Assembly: GCA_002794465.1 (NCBI GenBank)
Contig: MTSL01000150.1
Span: forward strand, 11,086 to 43,085
Direction: 5' to 3'
From: Paramicrosporidium saccamoebae KSL3
Lineage: Eukaryota > Fungi > Cryptomycota
DNA: 32,000 bases
The notes beneath the pieces were generated by a model. That model worked only from the letters and a program-made list of their open reading frames with translations. It searched no databases and had not been told where the DNA came from. The translations under genes were made by a program, and so were the position numbers. Shown piece after piece: positions 17,648-26,820 of the stretch; position 1 is the first letter of the stretch; each line of letters begins with the position of its first letter.

Positions 17648-19123
17648 ATGAAGCTTCTTGACGTCCTTTTACTTGCAATATGTGTATGTACTTTAGCATT
17701 GGGTGATCGTCTAAAGCAAAACAGGCCCTCTAATATTGAGTGGATTAGCACCGAAGAGAGTGACGAGCATGGCAAATCTGTCCCTTCCTTTAGTGCCTTG
17801 ATAAAGTCGCTTCGCAACGGCTCGACGTCCGGACCTCTCGAGACTTCAGAGCCTCTACAAGAGTTTTTCGCACAATTACCACAACCTGGATTAACGAGAG
17901 AAAATATTGAAACTTCAGTGACCCGTCCCAAAACGTTTCGTGACCCGTTGCTTGCTATCCGGGAGCCTGATGCTTCACCACTCGCCTCCCAAGTACTAAG
18001 TGATCTGACACTTGGCATTCCAGCATCCAATAGCTCTGATGATCTAAAACTCGGAAACAAAGCACTCCGGCCACTCTCAAGGCCTAATCCAGAACTTCAG
18101 GTGCGAAAGACTGATTTCTATTCTCGCCCAGGCCAGCCGAATACGGGGAGGCGGATAATAGCGCCCCCACTTATGGCCGTAATACCAGCCTCAGAGCCGT
18201 GTTCTGTACAAACAAAGATTATTGGGTCCGATCTTCGCCCTTCCAGTGGGACGGTTGGCGCTGCCAAGCCGCCTTCTCAGTCAACATGTCACCCGTATTT
18301 AACTTTTCAGTCCATAGGTCAACAAACGCATCAAAAAACTACAAATCCTGAAGCCTTAGAGTCAGTACCTATCCATAAACAATTACAAGCGAACAGATCC
18401 GGCCCTCATCCATCCTTAGACACACAAAACGAGACAACACTTCGAACAGTATTCGAACGAGCACAATGGTTTCAGAGTTCTACTACCTATTACTATAGCT
18501 CTCAGACCGCTTCTCCAGATTTGCAGTCGCCAATTGTCTTCTCTCAGCGCCACTACCACGGAGTGATACGCCCCAAAATGTATAGTAGCCACATGGTGGC
18601 CAAGAGTCGCTTCATGGGCTCTAAAATATCTTCGAGCCGTATATTGTTCTTGGACAATTACAGGATTGGCAATCCAATAAGCCAGACACGTGACATGAAC
18701 TGGGACTCACATAAGCTTGATGAAAATGGACTGCAGCTTGAAAACTTTAAGGTTTTGTACCCATCGATGAAGGATGGCCTTGTTGTTTCTCTTTGTGATA
18801 ACTGTCAATTGGTTTTGGCATCCTATGGTCTCCCCCCACTCGGAGCGATTCTTCTCCGCTCTGATGGGACTCGCCTTTCCCCCATTGCGCGTTCGCTCGA
18901 TGACACTGTTAAATCTTATCACGTGCAAGATGATGATGTTGTTGTGGTGGGTTCACTCAGTAAAATTTCGCAGTTGGGATCAAAAGTCCTCCAACTGACC
19001 TCTAAAGATTCGCCAGAAACAATTGCTGAAAAACTCTGTTTCCAGGTTGGCAAATCAGTTTATGTCATCGCCATTATTTCCACCGTCCCGACCAGTTCTA
19101 CGAGTTCCACTAGTGGCGACTAG
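17648..19123 (+). CDS. Putative secreted protein, family B copy 2; C-terminal degenerate PP2C/PTC7-like domain
   Basis: Signal peptide MKLLDVLLLAICVCTLALG. Shares STEESDE..KSVPSFSAL and DGLVVSL.DN.QLV.A.YGL.PLGAILLRS.G with copy 1. Flanking DNA is also similar (ccagggg..catgaag upstream; gactagaata..gtcattct downstream). Confidence 0.88.
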   Translation: MKLLDVLLLAICVCTLALGDRLKQNRPSNIEWISTEESDEHGKSVPSFSALIKSLRNGSTSGPLETSEPLQEFFAQLPQPGLTRENIETSVTRPKTFRDPLLAIREPDASPLASQVLSDLTLGIPASNSSDDLKLGNKALRPLSRPNPELQVRKTDFYSRPGQPNTGRRIIAPPLMAVIPASEPCSVQTKIIGSDLRPSSGTVGAAKPPSQSTCHPYLTFQSIGQQTHQKTTNPEALESVPIHKQLQANRSGPHPSLDTQNETTLRTVFERAQWFQSSTTYYYSSQTASPDLQSPIVFSQRHYHGVIRPKMYSSHMVAKSRFMGSKISSSRILFLDNYRIGNPISQTRDMNWDSHKLDENGLQLENFKVLYPSMKDGLVVSLCDNCQLVLASYGLPPLGAILLRSDGTRLSPIARSLDDTVKSYHVQDDDVVVVGSLSKISQLGSKVLQLTSKDSPETIAEKLCFQVGKSVYVIAIISTVPTSSTSSTSGD

Positions 19124-19556
19124 AATAGATCTGGTGTTTCGCTAGAGTTGTTGATTTTTTGGTGTCATTCTCGGTAACTAGCGCTCCGCCTCAATGGCTT
19201 TCTGGAATCTTTTCAGGACAGAAATGTCCTCGTCTGCAATTCTGGCACGTATGCTTTAGTAAATATACTGTTGGGCAGAAATTCATTGTTCCAACCCTTA
19301 AGGGGTCGATTATGGTAGCGCCCTAAAATTTTATTACTGGGAATGGACAATCGAGTACCTTGTTATCCAATGTATTCCTCTCATAGTCTAGAATCGAGCC
19401 GGCCATCAGGACATGGGCTAATGTGGCATAATTACAGCTATCCAGAAAAGGGTCCGTACAGGATGGCGGACGCATAATAAAAGAGTGCACGGTGATTGGT
19501 CGAAGAGTAAACAATAGCAATCAAGCCGGCCCACAGCTACGCCTCATGAGAAAGAC

Positions 19557-21188
19557 ATGACGTTTATATTTATTGCATATCTTTGCTTAGTTGGAGGAGA
19601 GATGATCTCCTGGATGCCGATCAGACCCGAGCGCCCGGCTGGGTTTGTTGGCTTTTCGGGGGTAATCACAGTACCACTGTTTTACAACAATACAACGAAT
19701 ACGCTGGACATTTTTGCAAGGAAATTTCTCAAAGATGGACAGACAGTGGGAAAGATTGTGCATCTGGTGGTGGGTGGGCCAGGACAGTCCAGTGACGTGT
19801 GGTTGTCTCATTTGGAGGGGCTGACAACAATGTTTGGCAGCGATACGCTCTTTGTGATTACTGACCATCGCGGCATGGGAAGGAGTAGCCCGTTATGCAG
19901 TCCCCACGATATTAGTTGGGAGACTAACTGGGGAGGATTTATGGCCAAACTAAAATACCCGATCAAGGCGATTACGGTCAGCAATGCTGGGCGGGATCTG
20001 GTGAGGATAGCCGAGTGTCTCCGAGAAGAGTTTCCTGCGGTCGAACAGATTGTTGTTGGGTCATCATATGGCAGTAGAGTAGCCACGGCAGCAATCAATA
20101 CCTCTCCAGACATTTTCAAAGTCGCCATAATGGACGGTCTAGACGTGGAAAACATGGCCGGTCTGGGTCCTGTGCGGATTGGGGCACTACTGGACAATTG
20201 TCGTCGAAACCATTATTGCCACCGTGTGGTCGGCGAGCCGGAGAGACTGGAAAAGCTAATTCCCGCGATTCGGGCGGAGAGGAATGGTTGCACACGACTG
20301 TTCTTTGCGGCCATGAAACAGCATCTCAGAATAGATGTCGAGTGTGATGCACTGGAACTTGCCTTTTATAAGCTTCTCATTGCCAAATCAACTCCAGAGA
20401 AACGACAAATCCCCGCCATGTTGGTGCTGGCCCTCTTAAAGCAATTTGAGGAATGTTCTGATGAGGTAATGGTCCAACGCATGACAGAAAAGACGATACG
20501 CTCTCTGAAAAAGTCTGGCATTGTCACAAGCTCTGGTTCTGGAACACCCGACGACTTACTAGTTCACCTCTATATCAGTGCAAGCGAAAAATGGCATGGT
20601 ACCCCGCCGCCATATTGCCAGGTGAAATGCGACGCACGCGCATACAAGTTTTGCATTACTGCAGCCATGTATCAACGATATCGGGACCATTTTGGAGATT
20701 CTGTATATTTGCCAGTTGGGCCAAGTCAACAGCCTTTGACAGGTAACACGCGAGTGTTGGTGTTGGCCGGTGCCTTGGATTACTCTACGCCGCTGGTTGC
20801 AGCTGAGACCTTGGTAGCCAAGATGAAAGTGCCTAGTAAGCAGATCCTCGTCTTTCGAAACCGTGGACACGGACTGCTGCATAACACAGAGTGTGTTCGG
20901 CGAGCAATCAAGGCGGTGCTTACAGGTGGCGGTTACGATGATGCACAAGCTTGTCTAAATGCCATAAATAGCGTCACTTTGGACTGGGAAGGCCAAGATT
21001 TTCCGAACCAAAAAAAGCTTTTCGCAGTTCCGCCTACAGAAGACGAACGGAATAGCAACAGGGCCGTCCTGGAAAATGATCAATCTCGTATTAGATCGTC
21101 TTGGACATGCACAACAGTAATCCTCTTCATAATATTCTTTTTCTTGGGGCTTGTTGCCGGATTCTTGTATTACCGCAGATCCGTTTGA
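19557..21188 (+). CDS. Alpha/beta hydrolase, peptidase S33 / TAP-like, signal peptide plus C-terminal TM anchor (543 aa)
   Basis: ITVPLFY, VGGPGQSS, DHRGMGRSSPL, nucleophile elbow GSSYG, acid GALDYSTP, base RGHG, and hydrophobic tail VILFIIFFFLGLVAGFLYYRR. Confidence 0.88.
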   Translation: MTFIFIAYLCLVGGEMISWMPIRPERPAGFVGFSGVITVPLFYNNTTNTLDIFARKFLKDGQTVGKIVHLVVGGPGQSSDVWLSHLEGLTTMFGSDTLFVITDHRGMGRSSPLCSPHDISWETNWGGFMAKLKYPIKAITVSNAGRDLVRIAECLREEFPAVEQIVVGSSYGSRVATAAINTSPDIFKVAIMDGLDVENMAGLGPVRIGALLDNCRRNHYCHRVVGEPERLEKLIPAIRAERNGCTRLFFAAMKQHLRIDVECDALELAFYKLLIAKSTPEKRQIPAMLVLALLKQFEECSDEVMVQRMTEKTIRSLKKSGIVTSSGSGTPDDLLVHLYISASEKWHGTPPPYCQVKCDARAYKFCITAAMYQRYRDHFGDSVYLPVGPSQQPLTGNTRVLVLAGALDYSTPLVAAETLVAKMKVPSKQILVFRNRGHGLLHNTECVRRAIKAVLTGGGYDDAQACLNAINSVTLDWEGQDFPNQKKLFAVPPTEDERNSNRAVLENDQSRIRSSWTCTTVILFIIFFFLGLVAGFLYYRRSV

Positions 21189-21537
21189 TACAGTCCGAGT
21201 ATTGAGTGTGATTCAGGGTATGATCTCTTGTGCTCTCGGCCTGTTAGATTATATCTTCTGCTCTTGCGTATTGATTTGGACGTTGCTTATGCAATGGAGG
21301 TCCTCCTAGCGGGAAACGGAAATCACTCTAGTCTGGTATTTTTAGTAGCTGTCTTGTTAAATGGTACCGTTACCAATGCTATCACAAAATTTGAAGGGAT
21401 ACACACGGGCTATGGATTAAACTCTCCCCTCTGATAGAGGATCATTACTGTCGCGTAGTGAGGATAATGCCACAGACGGGAAGGGGTGTTTGTTTACTGC
21501 TAGTCCTAGAATAGTATGGATACACATCTCACTGTCC

Positions 21538-21613
21538 TCAAATACCCAGCAACTAATCAACCCTCTACGTCAAATACCCGACTAATCAATCCTCTGTCTC
21601 TACCTCTACGTCA
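21538..21613. repeat. Imperfect ~30-bp direct duplication in a convergent intergenic region
   Basis: tcaaatacccagcaactaatcaaccctctacg followed by tcaaatacccgactaatcaatcctct...ctctacg. Confidence 0.7.
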
Positions 21614-21653
21614 CATTATTATCAAACCCGTATGAATCAATAATACAATCTAT

Positions 21654-23000
21654 TTAGACAGCTAAAGCTATAACGCTAATTATGGTCGATAGTAATAAAA
21701 CCGACATTGATACGACAACGGCGGACGCACCACTCTTGACGCAGCGACGGCTATACTCTTTAAAGACCGTCTTGCTTCGCCTAATGCTGCGCATTTGGTC
21801 TCTGGTTATTGTCCAGCATGGATGCTCTCGGTCTTCGCCATCCTTCTGTCGTCCCTTTCCCAGTTGGTCAAACGGCAATGCCCGGATGGCATCTCCAGTG
21901 GGAACATATCTTATTTGATCTCGAGTAACAAACGGCCACCATTTGATTTGCGAAATCATGGCCGGAGTAAGTCCGCTAAAGGCAGGCGGTGGGATGCGAA
22001 CAAAACACTCTTGTGGAAGGGAGCGGACAATCCAGGGGGAAACAGTGGGCTGTCGGAAGTGGGATTCGGTGAGAGCAGAACAGCCATCAGATAGCATTCC
22101 AAACGTGGAGGCCTGCGCCTTGGTGAGACGACCGAGAATGTTGAGATTGGAAGCAACTTGCTGAGTTGTCACCTTCAAATAGGCTCTTTTAGATGTTGCT
22201 CGTTGTTGATTGACCTGGGCACTACCACCAAATGTCGGATCAGCCAAACCTGACTGCCCTAGTGTACCAGCGGCTAAGCCTCCGTTTTGTCCTAGGGCTC
22301 CAGGCTGAATACCACCGTCTTTGGACGCTTCTTGTCGGGCTACTGCAAATCTTTCTCCCGAAGGCATGGTGTGCACATCTCTTTTGACGGAATAGGACAT
22401 TCCCCAAGAGTTTTTCGAATCATCTTGAACTGCACCTTGTCCCAGTTGGCCTGATTGTCCTGATTGTCCTGATTGTCCTGATTGGCCTGGCTGTCCTACT
22501 GGACCGGCAGGACCAGCTCGCAACACTACCAAAAGCTCATTCTTTCCTTGTAGTCGCGCCTGTTGGGCAAACTGCCTCCAAATCCGCTCTCCAACCACGC
22601 AGTGCTGCATCACTGCGCGCACAAACGGCACGGAATTGTTGTTCACAAAACTATTCAGCAGCTCACGTAGGGTTGACCTCGAGAGCTGCCCGCATCTGGT
22701 CTGAATGTAGGCTCGGAACGCTCGGGGAAGGAAAGATTGGTACAACCGGAGGGCGAAGCGATCAAAATCTCTAAACTTTGGGAGCTGGTTGGGACAACGA
22801 CGGATAAGAGCAGCGAGAGTGCGATCATGTGTGCTCATTAAACATTGCTCCATACCGCGGGTGCCGAGTTCGTCGCAATCGGCAAGACGGATGGCACGAG
22901 TATGGCCCGCCCGGCAATGCCTCACCCAACGATTTGGAATCGACATGAATCCGAGTGCCATAGGCACAATGCTAGCAATGATGAACGTGTTTAAATGCAT
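21654..23000 (-). CDS. Putative GPI-anchored surface protein (448 aa)
   Basis: Signal peptide MHLNTFIIASIVPMALG, a GQS-repeat linker (9-bp repeats at 22450..22494), and small residues SGAS followed by a terminal hydrophobic tail with no cytosolic residues. Confidence 0.85.
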   Translation of the reverse strand: MHLNTFIIASIVPMALGFMSIPNRWVRHCRAGHTRAIRLADCDELGTRGMEQCLMSTHDRTLAALIRRCPNQLPKFRDFDRFALRLYQSFLPRAFRAYIQTRCGQLSRSTLRELLNSFVNNNSVPFVRAVMQHCVVGERIWRQFAQQARLQGKNELLVVLRAGPAGPVGQPGQSGQSGQSGQSGQLGQGAVQDDSKNSWGMSYSVKRDVHTMPSGERFAVARQEASKDGGIQPGALGQNGGLAAGTLGQSGLADPTFGGSAQVNQQRATSKRAYLKVTTQQVASNLNILGRLTKAQASTFGMLSDGCSALTESHFRQPTVSPWIVRSLPQECFVRIPPPAFSGLTPAMISQIKWWPFVTRDQIRYVPTGDAIRALPFDQLGKGRQKDGEDREHPCWTITRDQMRSIRRSKTVFKEYSRRCVKSGASAVVVSMSVLLLSTIISVIALAV

Positions 23001-23489
23001 CTTGCTAATGAATGCTGCCCAAGATGGCCAAGTAGTCGCCTTATATTCTTAGAGTCCCTCCCATTGGACGAAACCTACAACAGCCAATCATATGGCGCAC
23101 ATTTGGTTTTCATTGGGCATGGTGCAAGTATCCAAGGAAAATATGGTGTGTTCAATACTGATTGGTTTGGACTTGAAACATTGGGAACCATTTGTAAAGT
23201 GGTGAATTGATTAGCGTAAAGTTTGTTAAGCATGTATAAAGTAAAATGCCAAATAAAGCAGTGAAGTGGAGTAGAGTAAAGTAAAGTAAAGTTAAATTAA
23301 GTTAAGTGGAGTGGTAGAAAGGATTTGAACAACGATCTGAAGATTTACTAGTAAGATAAAGATACTTGGATCTGAAGTGAATGGCCTGCTTTATTATTAT
23401 GGATTCAATAAATGTTAGTCTTTAATCCATTTGGCTGTTTCTGGCTTATTATGTGTTACCAATTTGACAATTCGGTTCACAAATCTTTA

Positions 23490-25073
23490 ATGTGGTGTTT
23501 GTCGGCGGCACTGTCGCTACTTTTATTCTCAATTGAATTGGCAGCTTTACAGATCAGTATTAGAGTCGTCCGGTTTACCTTGCGAGAAGTAAGCTTTGGA
23601 TACTTAATAACGCTGCTGGACTTTGACAATTCACAGACATATCAGTCTCTAGAAGGATTGTTTAGGATCCCAGGTGCAGAACATCTCCAAGGGACATACG
23701 CCGACACTGTCTTTCCCAACGCAATTGCCCGTAAAATTTATGATCGGTACATTGACGAGCCGACACTCCATCGGCTAATGCTCCCCGTCCAATTTTTTCT
23801 GAGCAATACTTCATTAGAGCCTTTAATCTTTGCAGACTGGCACCGATACCGCCCCACTGCATTTGATTGTTGGGATTCGGAGGATATTATCCAGAGAGAT
23901 CCTTGGCGGAGACTCGTCTTAGAGACCATTGCGGAGAGACCAAATATGGCTGGAAAAGGTGACTCATCTCATCTCGCGTATACTCTCGGCATAGCAAAGG
24001 CCTGGGAATTGTACAGACGCCAGCGGACACAATCCGTCTGGGATAATATTGACAGCTGGCAGGAGGAACGCCCGTTCACGCTGGTCTTGATCCAGGTTGC
24101 AACTGGGGATGTGCGTAAAAATGCACCATGGAAGCAACAAATGCTTGATTGGTTAACAACTAAACGACAACTCTGCGAGAAGGGAGCAACTGTCCCAAGG
24201 GAAAACCGAGAGCTTCTAGAGTTCCTATTGCTTGAAAATGGGGCCGAAAAATACTACAATGTGTTGCAACGACTCCCAGAAATGTTACATCAAGAGCCGC
24301 CAGCGCGTTTGTGTCTGTGGCATGGAAAGCTGCTCCATGTTGCCTTGAACAACGCTGCTTCGACCATAAATGCGGCAGAGTTTTTAGAAACAGTTGCCGC
24401 TCAGTATTTTCTACAGTATAATACGGAAGACTATAGTTTCCCTCTGATATCGTCCATTTTGAACTCGATCGGGAAATTGGGATTGGACTTGGAGTCGGAT
24501 AGTGGGGTTGCCGTAAAACTAACTGCATTGCAAGCGATCCATCATCATTTGCCTCCATTATGGGGGAATCGTGACACCATGGTGGCTTATTGGAGGGTAA
24601 GGGTCGAGTCGTTTGGATCCATCGATTGGAATAATAATGTCCTATCGTGGCATAGCATTGTGGGAGAATTGAACTCCATATATTATGAGGAAAACTTGAG
24701 TGTTATGAATGCAGCTTTTGAAACTACCTTGAAGCTAAGAGATGTTGATGAAAACTTGATAGAGTGTCGAGATGTCTACTGCTTTTTACGTTACGTTCCA
24801 GCAGTAATGCTTAATAAGACGAATGGATTTTCCATGACCTCCGATGGGTTTGAATTGGTTGATGGCGAGTCGCTTGCAGAGGACTTTTGGAATGCAATTG
24901 GGAGGATTATCGTCATCGGAATGTTTTATGCTGGGCATGATGTCTTTAGATTATCCAAATCCACGTGGGATCGGATCTACACCCCAGAGGGGATGATTTC
25001 GCATACCAGCATTCACAGTGTCCTGGATTGGGCGGGTATGCTCAAGTGTCGAGGCAAAAATCGAATTCAATAA
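23490..25073 (+). CDS. Putative secreted protein, family C copy 1 (527 aa)
   Basis: The ATG at 23490 gives MWCLSAALSLLLFSIELAA-LQI, matching the paralog's signal-LQI. Shared motifs: YIDxPxLHRxMLPVxFF, DWxRYRPTxFDxW, RLCLWHGKL, YSFPxIxxIL, CxDVYCFL. Confidence 0.87.
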   Translation: MWCLSAALSLLLFSIELAALQISIRVVRFTLREVSFGYLITLLDFDNSQTYQSLEGLFRIPGAEHLQGTYADTVFPNAIARKIYDRYIDEPTLHRLMLPVQFFLSNTSLEPLIFADWHRYRPTAFDCWDSEDIIQRDPWRRLVLETIAERPNMAGKGDSSHLAYTLGIAKAWELYRRQRTQSVWDNIDSWQEERPFTLVLIQVATGDVRKNAPWKQQMLDWLTTKRQLCEKGATVPRENRELLEFLLLENGAEKYYNVLQRLPEMLHQEPPARLCLWHGKLLHVALNNAASTINAAEFLETVAAQYFLQYNTEDYSFPLISSILNSIGKLGLDLESDSGVAVKLTALQAIHHHLPPLWGNRDTMVAYWRVRVESFGSIDWNNNVLSWHSIVGELNSIYYEENLSVMNAAFETTLKLRDVDENLIECRDVYCFLRYVPAVMLNKTNGFSMTSDGFELVDGESLAEDFWNAIGRIIVIGMFYAGHDVFRLSKSTWDRIYTPEGMISHTSIHSVLDWAGMLKCRGKNRIQ

Positions 25074-25144
25074 ATATGGCGCCCGCCATAGGCCCGGTCG
25101 GGGGTAGTATTTTTGCAATTTGAACAGGGCCGTCGACATCGAAC

Positions 25145-26641
25145 ATGAGAGTAGCAACATTCTGGATTCTGGCAATCTCTAGTAGTTTTGCCCTTCAAAT
25201 CCATGTACGTGTCGTTGAACTGCTATCCACTGTCAAAGACTTTGCCATGTTACTCCAAAGCATAAGCTACACCTCGGAGACAATCCACAATCTGCAAGAA
25301 TTGATAAGCTATCCAGGCAGCTTAAGGCTGCAGTGCTATTATGCTACCACTACTATCCCTCCCGAAGCTGCTCTTGAAATCTACCAAAAATATATTGACG
25401 ATCCCCGCCTGCACAGAGTGATGCTTCCCGTGGACTTTTTCATTAATAACCCAGCCTTGGTTCCATTAATCAGACGTGATTGGTATCGGTATAGACCTAC
25501 GTCTTTTGATCTGTGGAACTACGATTATCGTCTTCGAGAGCCCGAGTGGAGTCCGTTAGTCTTGGAGTACATTTCGGAAAATCCACAGCTGGCTGGTGCT
25601 GGACAAATCTCAGTCATTGGGAGAGGAGAAATAATTCCAAAGTCTTGGGAACTTTATCGTGGGCGACCCACGATTGGCCAAGATTTAGAAGCATGGAAGG
25701 AAGATCGCTCGTCATACATGATACTAATCCATGCACTTTCAGAGGACCCCATGAACAATCCTCTCGCGTGGAGTCAGACCTTTCCACGTAACACCTTACC
25801 TCAAGATTTTGCTCAGTGCAGGCCCAGCTTTATTAATAGGGTGCTAGGACGACTAAAATTTGATCTGGAAGATGAATCCATGCCAAGGTTATGTTTGTGG
25901 CACGGAAAATTAGTCTTGGCTATTCTTGGAAAAGATGCTCAGAACGAACAGGAATTTGTGGTCAACTTTGCTGCAGACTATCTGCTGGAGTATACTCTAA
26001 ACCAGTATAGCTTCCCTATAATAGCTGCGATTCTTAAAGCTATAGCAAAGCTTCAACTGCACCTCCCATCGAATCCATCTCTTGGAACCAGGTTAGATGA
26101 ATTCTATAATATACACCGGCATCTTTTGCCAATCTGGAAGAGCGCTGATGATCGGATTGCATTTTGGCGGAGCAGCATATTAACCTCTGGCGCCATGGTG
26201 TGGCCATTACAGCCGTGTAGGTGGCAGGACGTTATAAAAGTGATGAAGCAGAAGAATCAGATAGAATATTCTACAGTATTTCAAGCAAATTTCGATACAC
26301 CCCTAACACTACAGACCCACAGAAACAGAAAGATTATCTGCCATGATGTTTATTGTTTCCTCTTAGAGTTTCCAAAACTCTTGCTCAACGACGTGCGAGG
26401 CTTTGCAATTACTGATGGTGGATACAACTTGCGTCATTTCGCTAAATATAAGAAGCATTATTGGGGGGTGATTGGTAGGGTTCTGATGTTGGGAATATTT
26501 TTTCTAGGAAGGGATGTACTCGGATTGTCCCGTACCACATGGAAGCTATTGGAAAGCCCCGAAGGCCAGTATCCCCACTCGATTATACACAATGTTTTGT
26601 GCGCGGCTTCATTGCTGCGGGGGCCAACGATCGATGTTTAA
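25145..26641 (+). CDS. Putative secreted protein, family C copy 2 (498 aa)
   Basis: Signal peptide MRVATFWILAISSSFA-LQI; tandem paralog starting 71 bp after copy 1. Confidence 0.88.
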   Translation: MRVATFWILAISSSFALQIHVRVVELLSTVKDFAMLLQSISYTSETIHNLQELISYPGSLRLQCYYATTTIPPEAALEIYQKYIDDPRLHRVMLPVDFFINNPALVPLIRRDWYRYRPTSFDLWNYDYRLREPEWSPLVLEYISENPQLAGAGQISVIGRGEIIPKSWELYRGRPTIGQDLEAWKEDRSSYMILIHALSEDPMNNPLAWSQTFPRNTLPQDFAQCRPSFINRVLGRLKFDLEDESMPRLCLWHGKLVLAILGKDAQNEQEFVVNFAADYLLEYTLNQYSFPIIAAILKAIAKLQLHLPSNPSLGTRLDEFYNIHRHLLPIWKSADDRIAFWRSSILTSGAMVWPLQPCRWQDVIKVMKQKNQIEYSTVFQANFDTPLTLQTHRNRKIICHDVYCFLLEFPKLLLNDVRGFAITDGGYNLRHFAKYKKHYWGVIGRVLMLGIFFLGRDVLGLSRTTWKLLESPEGQYPHSIIHNVLCAASLLRGPTIDV

Positions 26642-26653
26642 AGTAGTGTACTA

Positions 26654-26696
26654 CCCGGGTCGGACTTGCCAATAACAAGCGGATATTGTTTAGCAG
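26654..26696 (+). repeat. Dispersed 43-nt element, copy B
   Basis: cccgggtcggacttgccaataacaagcggatattgtttagcag; matches 9495..9537. Confidence 0.9.
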
Positions 26697-26820
26697 AACC
26701 TGCTGACCAGTCCACCACTATCTCAAATATAATGACCAAATGATAAACACCATATATAAATAACCCTCTCTCTCTCAGTTTATTGGAATCTCTCTTCTAA
26801 GTTGTTCTGCTGACCTGCGC

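Noticed and set aside
17518-18060. 180-aa minus-strand ORF
   Set aside because: Mostly antisense to family B copy 2; the equivalent antisense ORF over copy 1 (15977..16288) simply mirrors the duplication.
21228-21434. 68-aa ORF downstream of the peptidase
   Set aside because: Short, non-ATG start, no motif; probably 3'UTR or intergenic.
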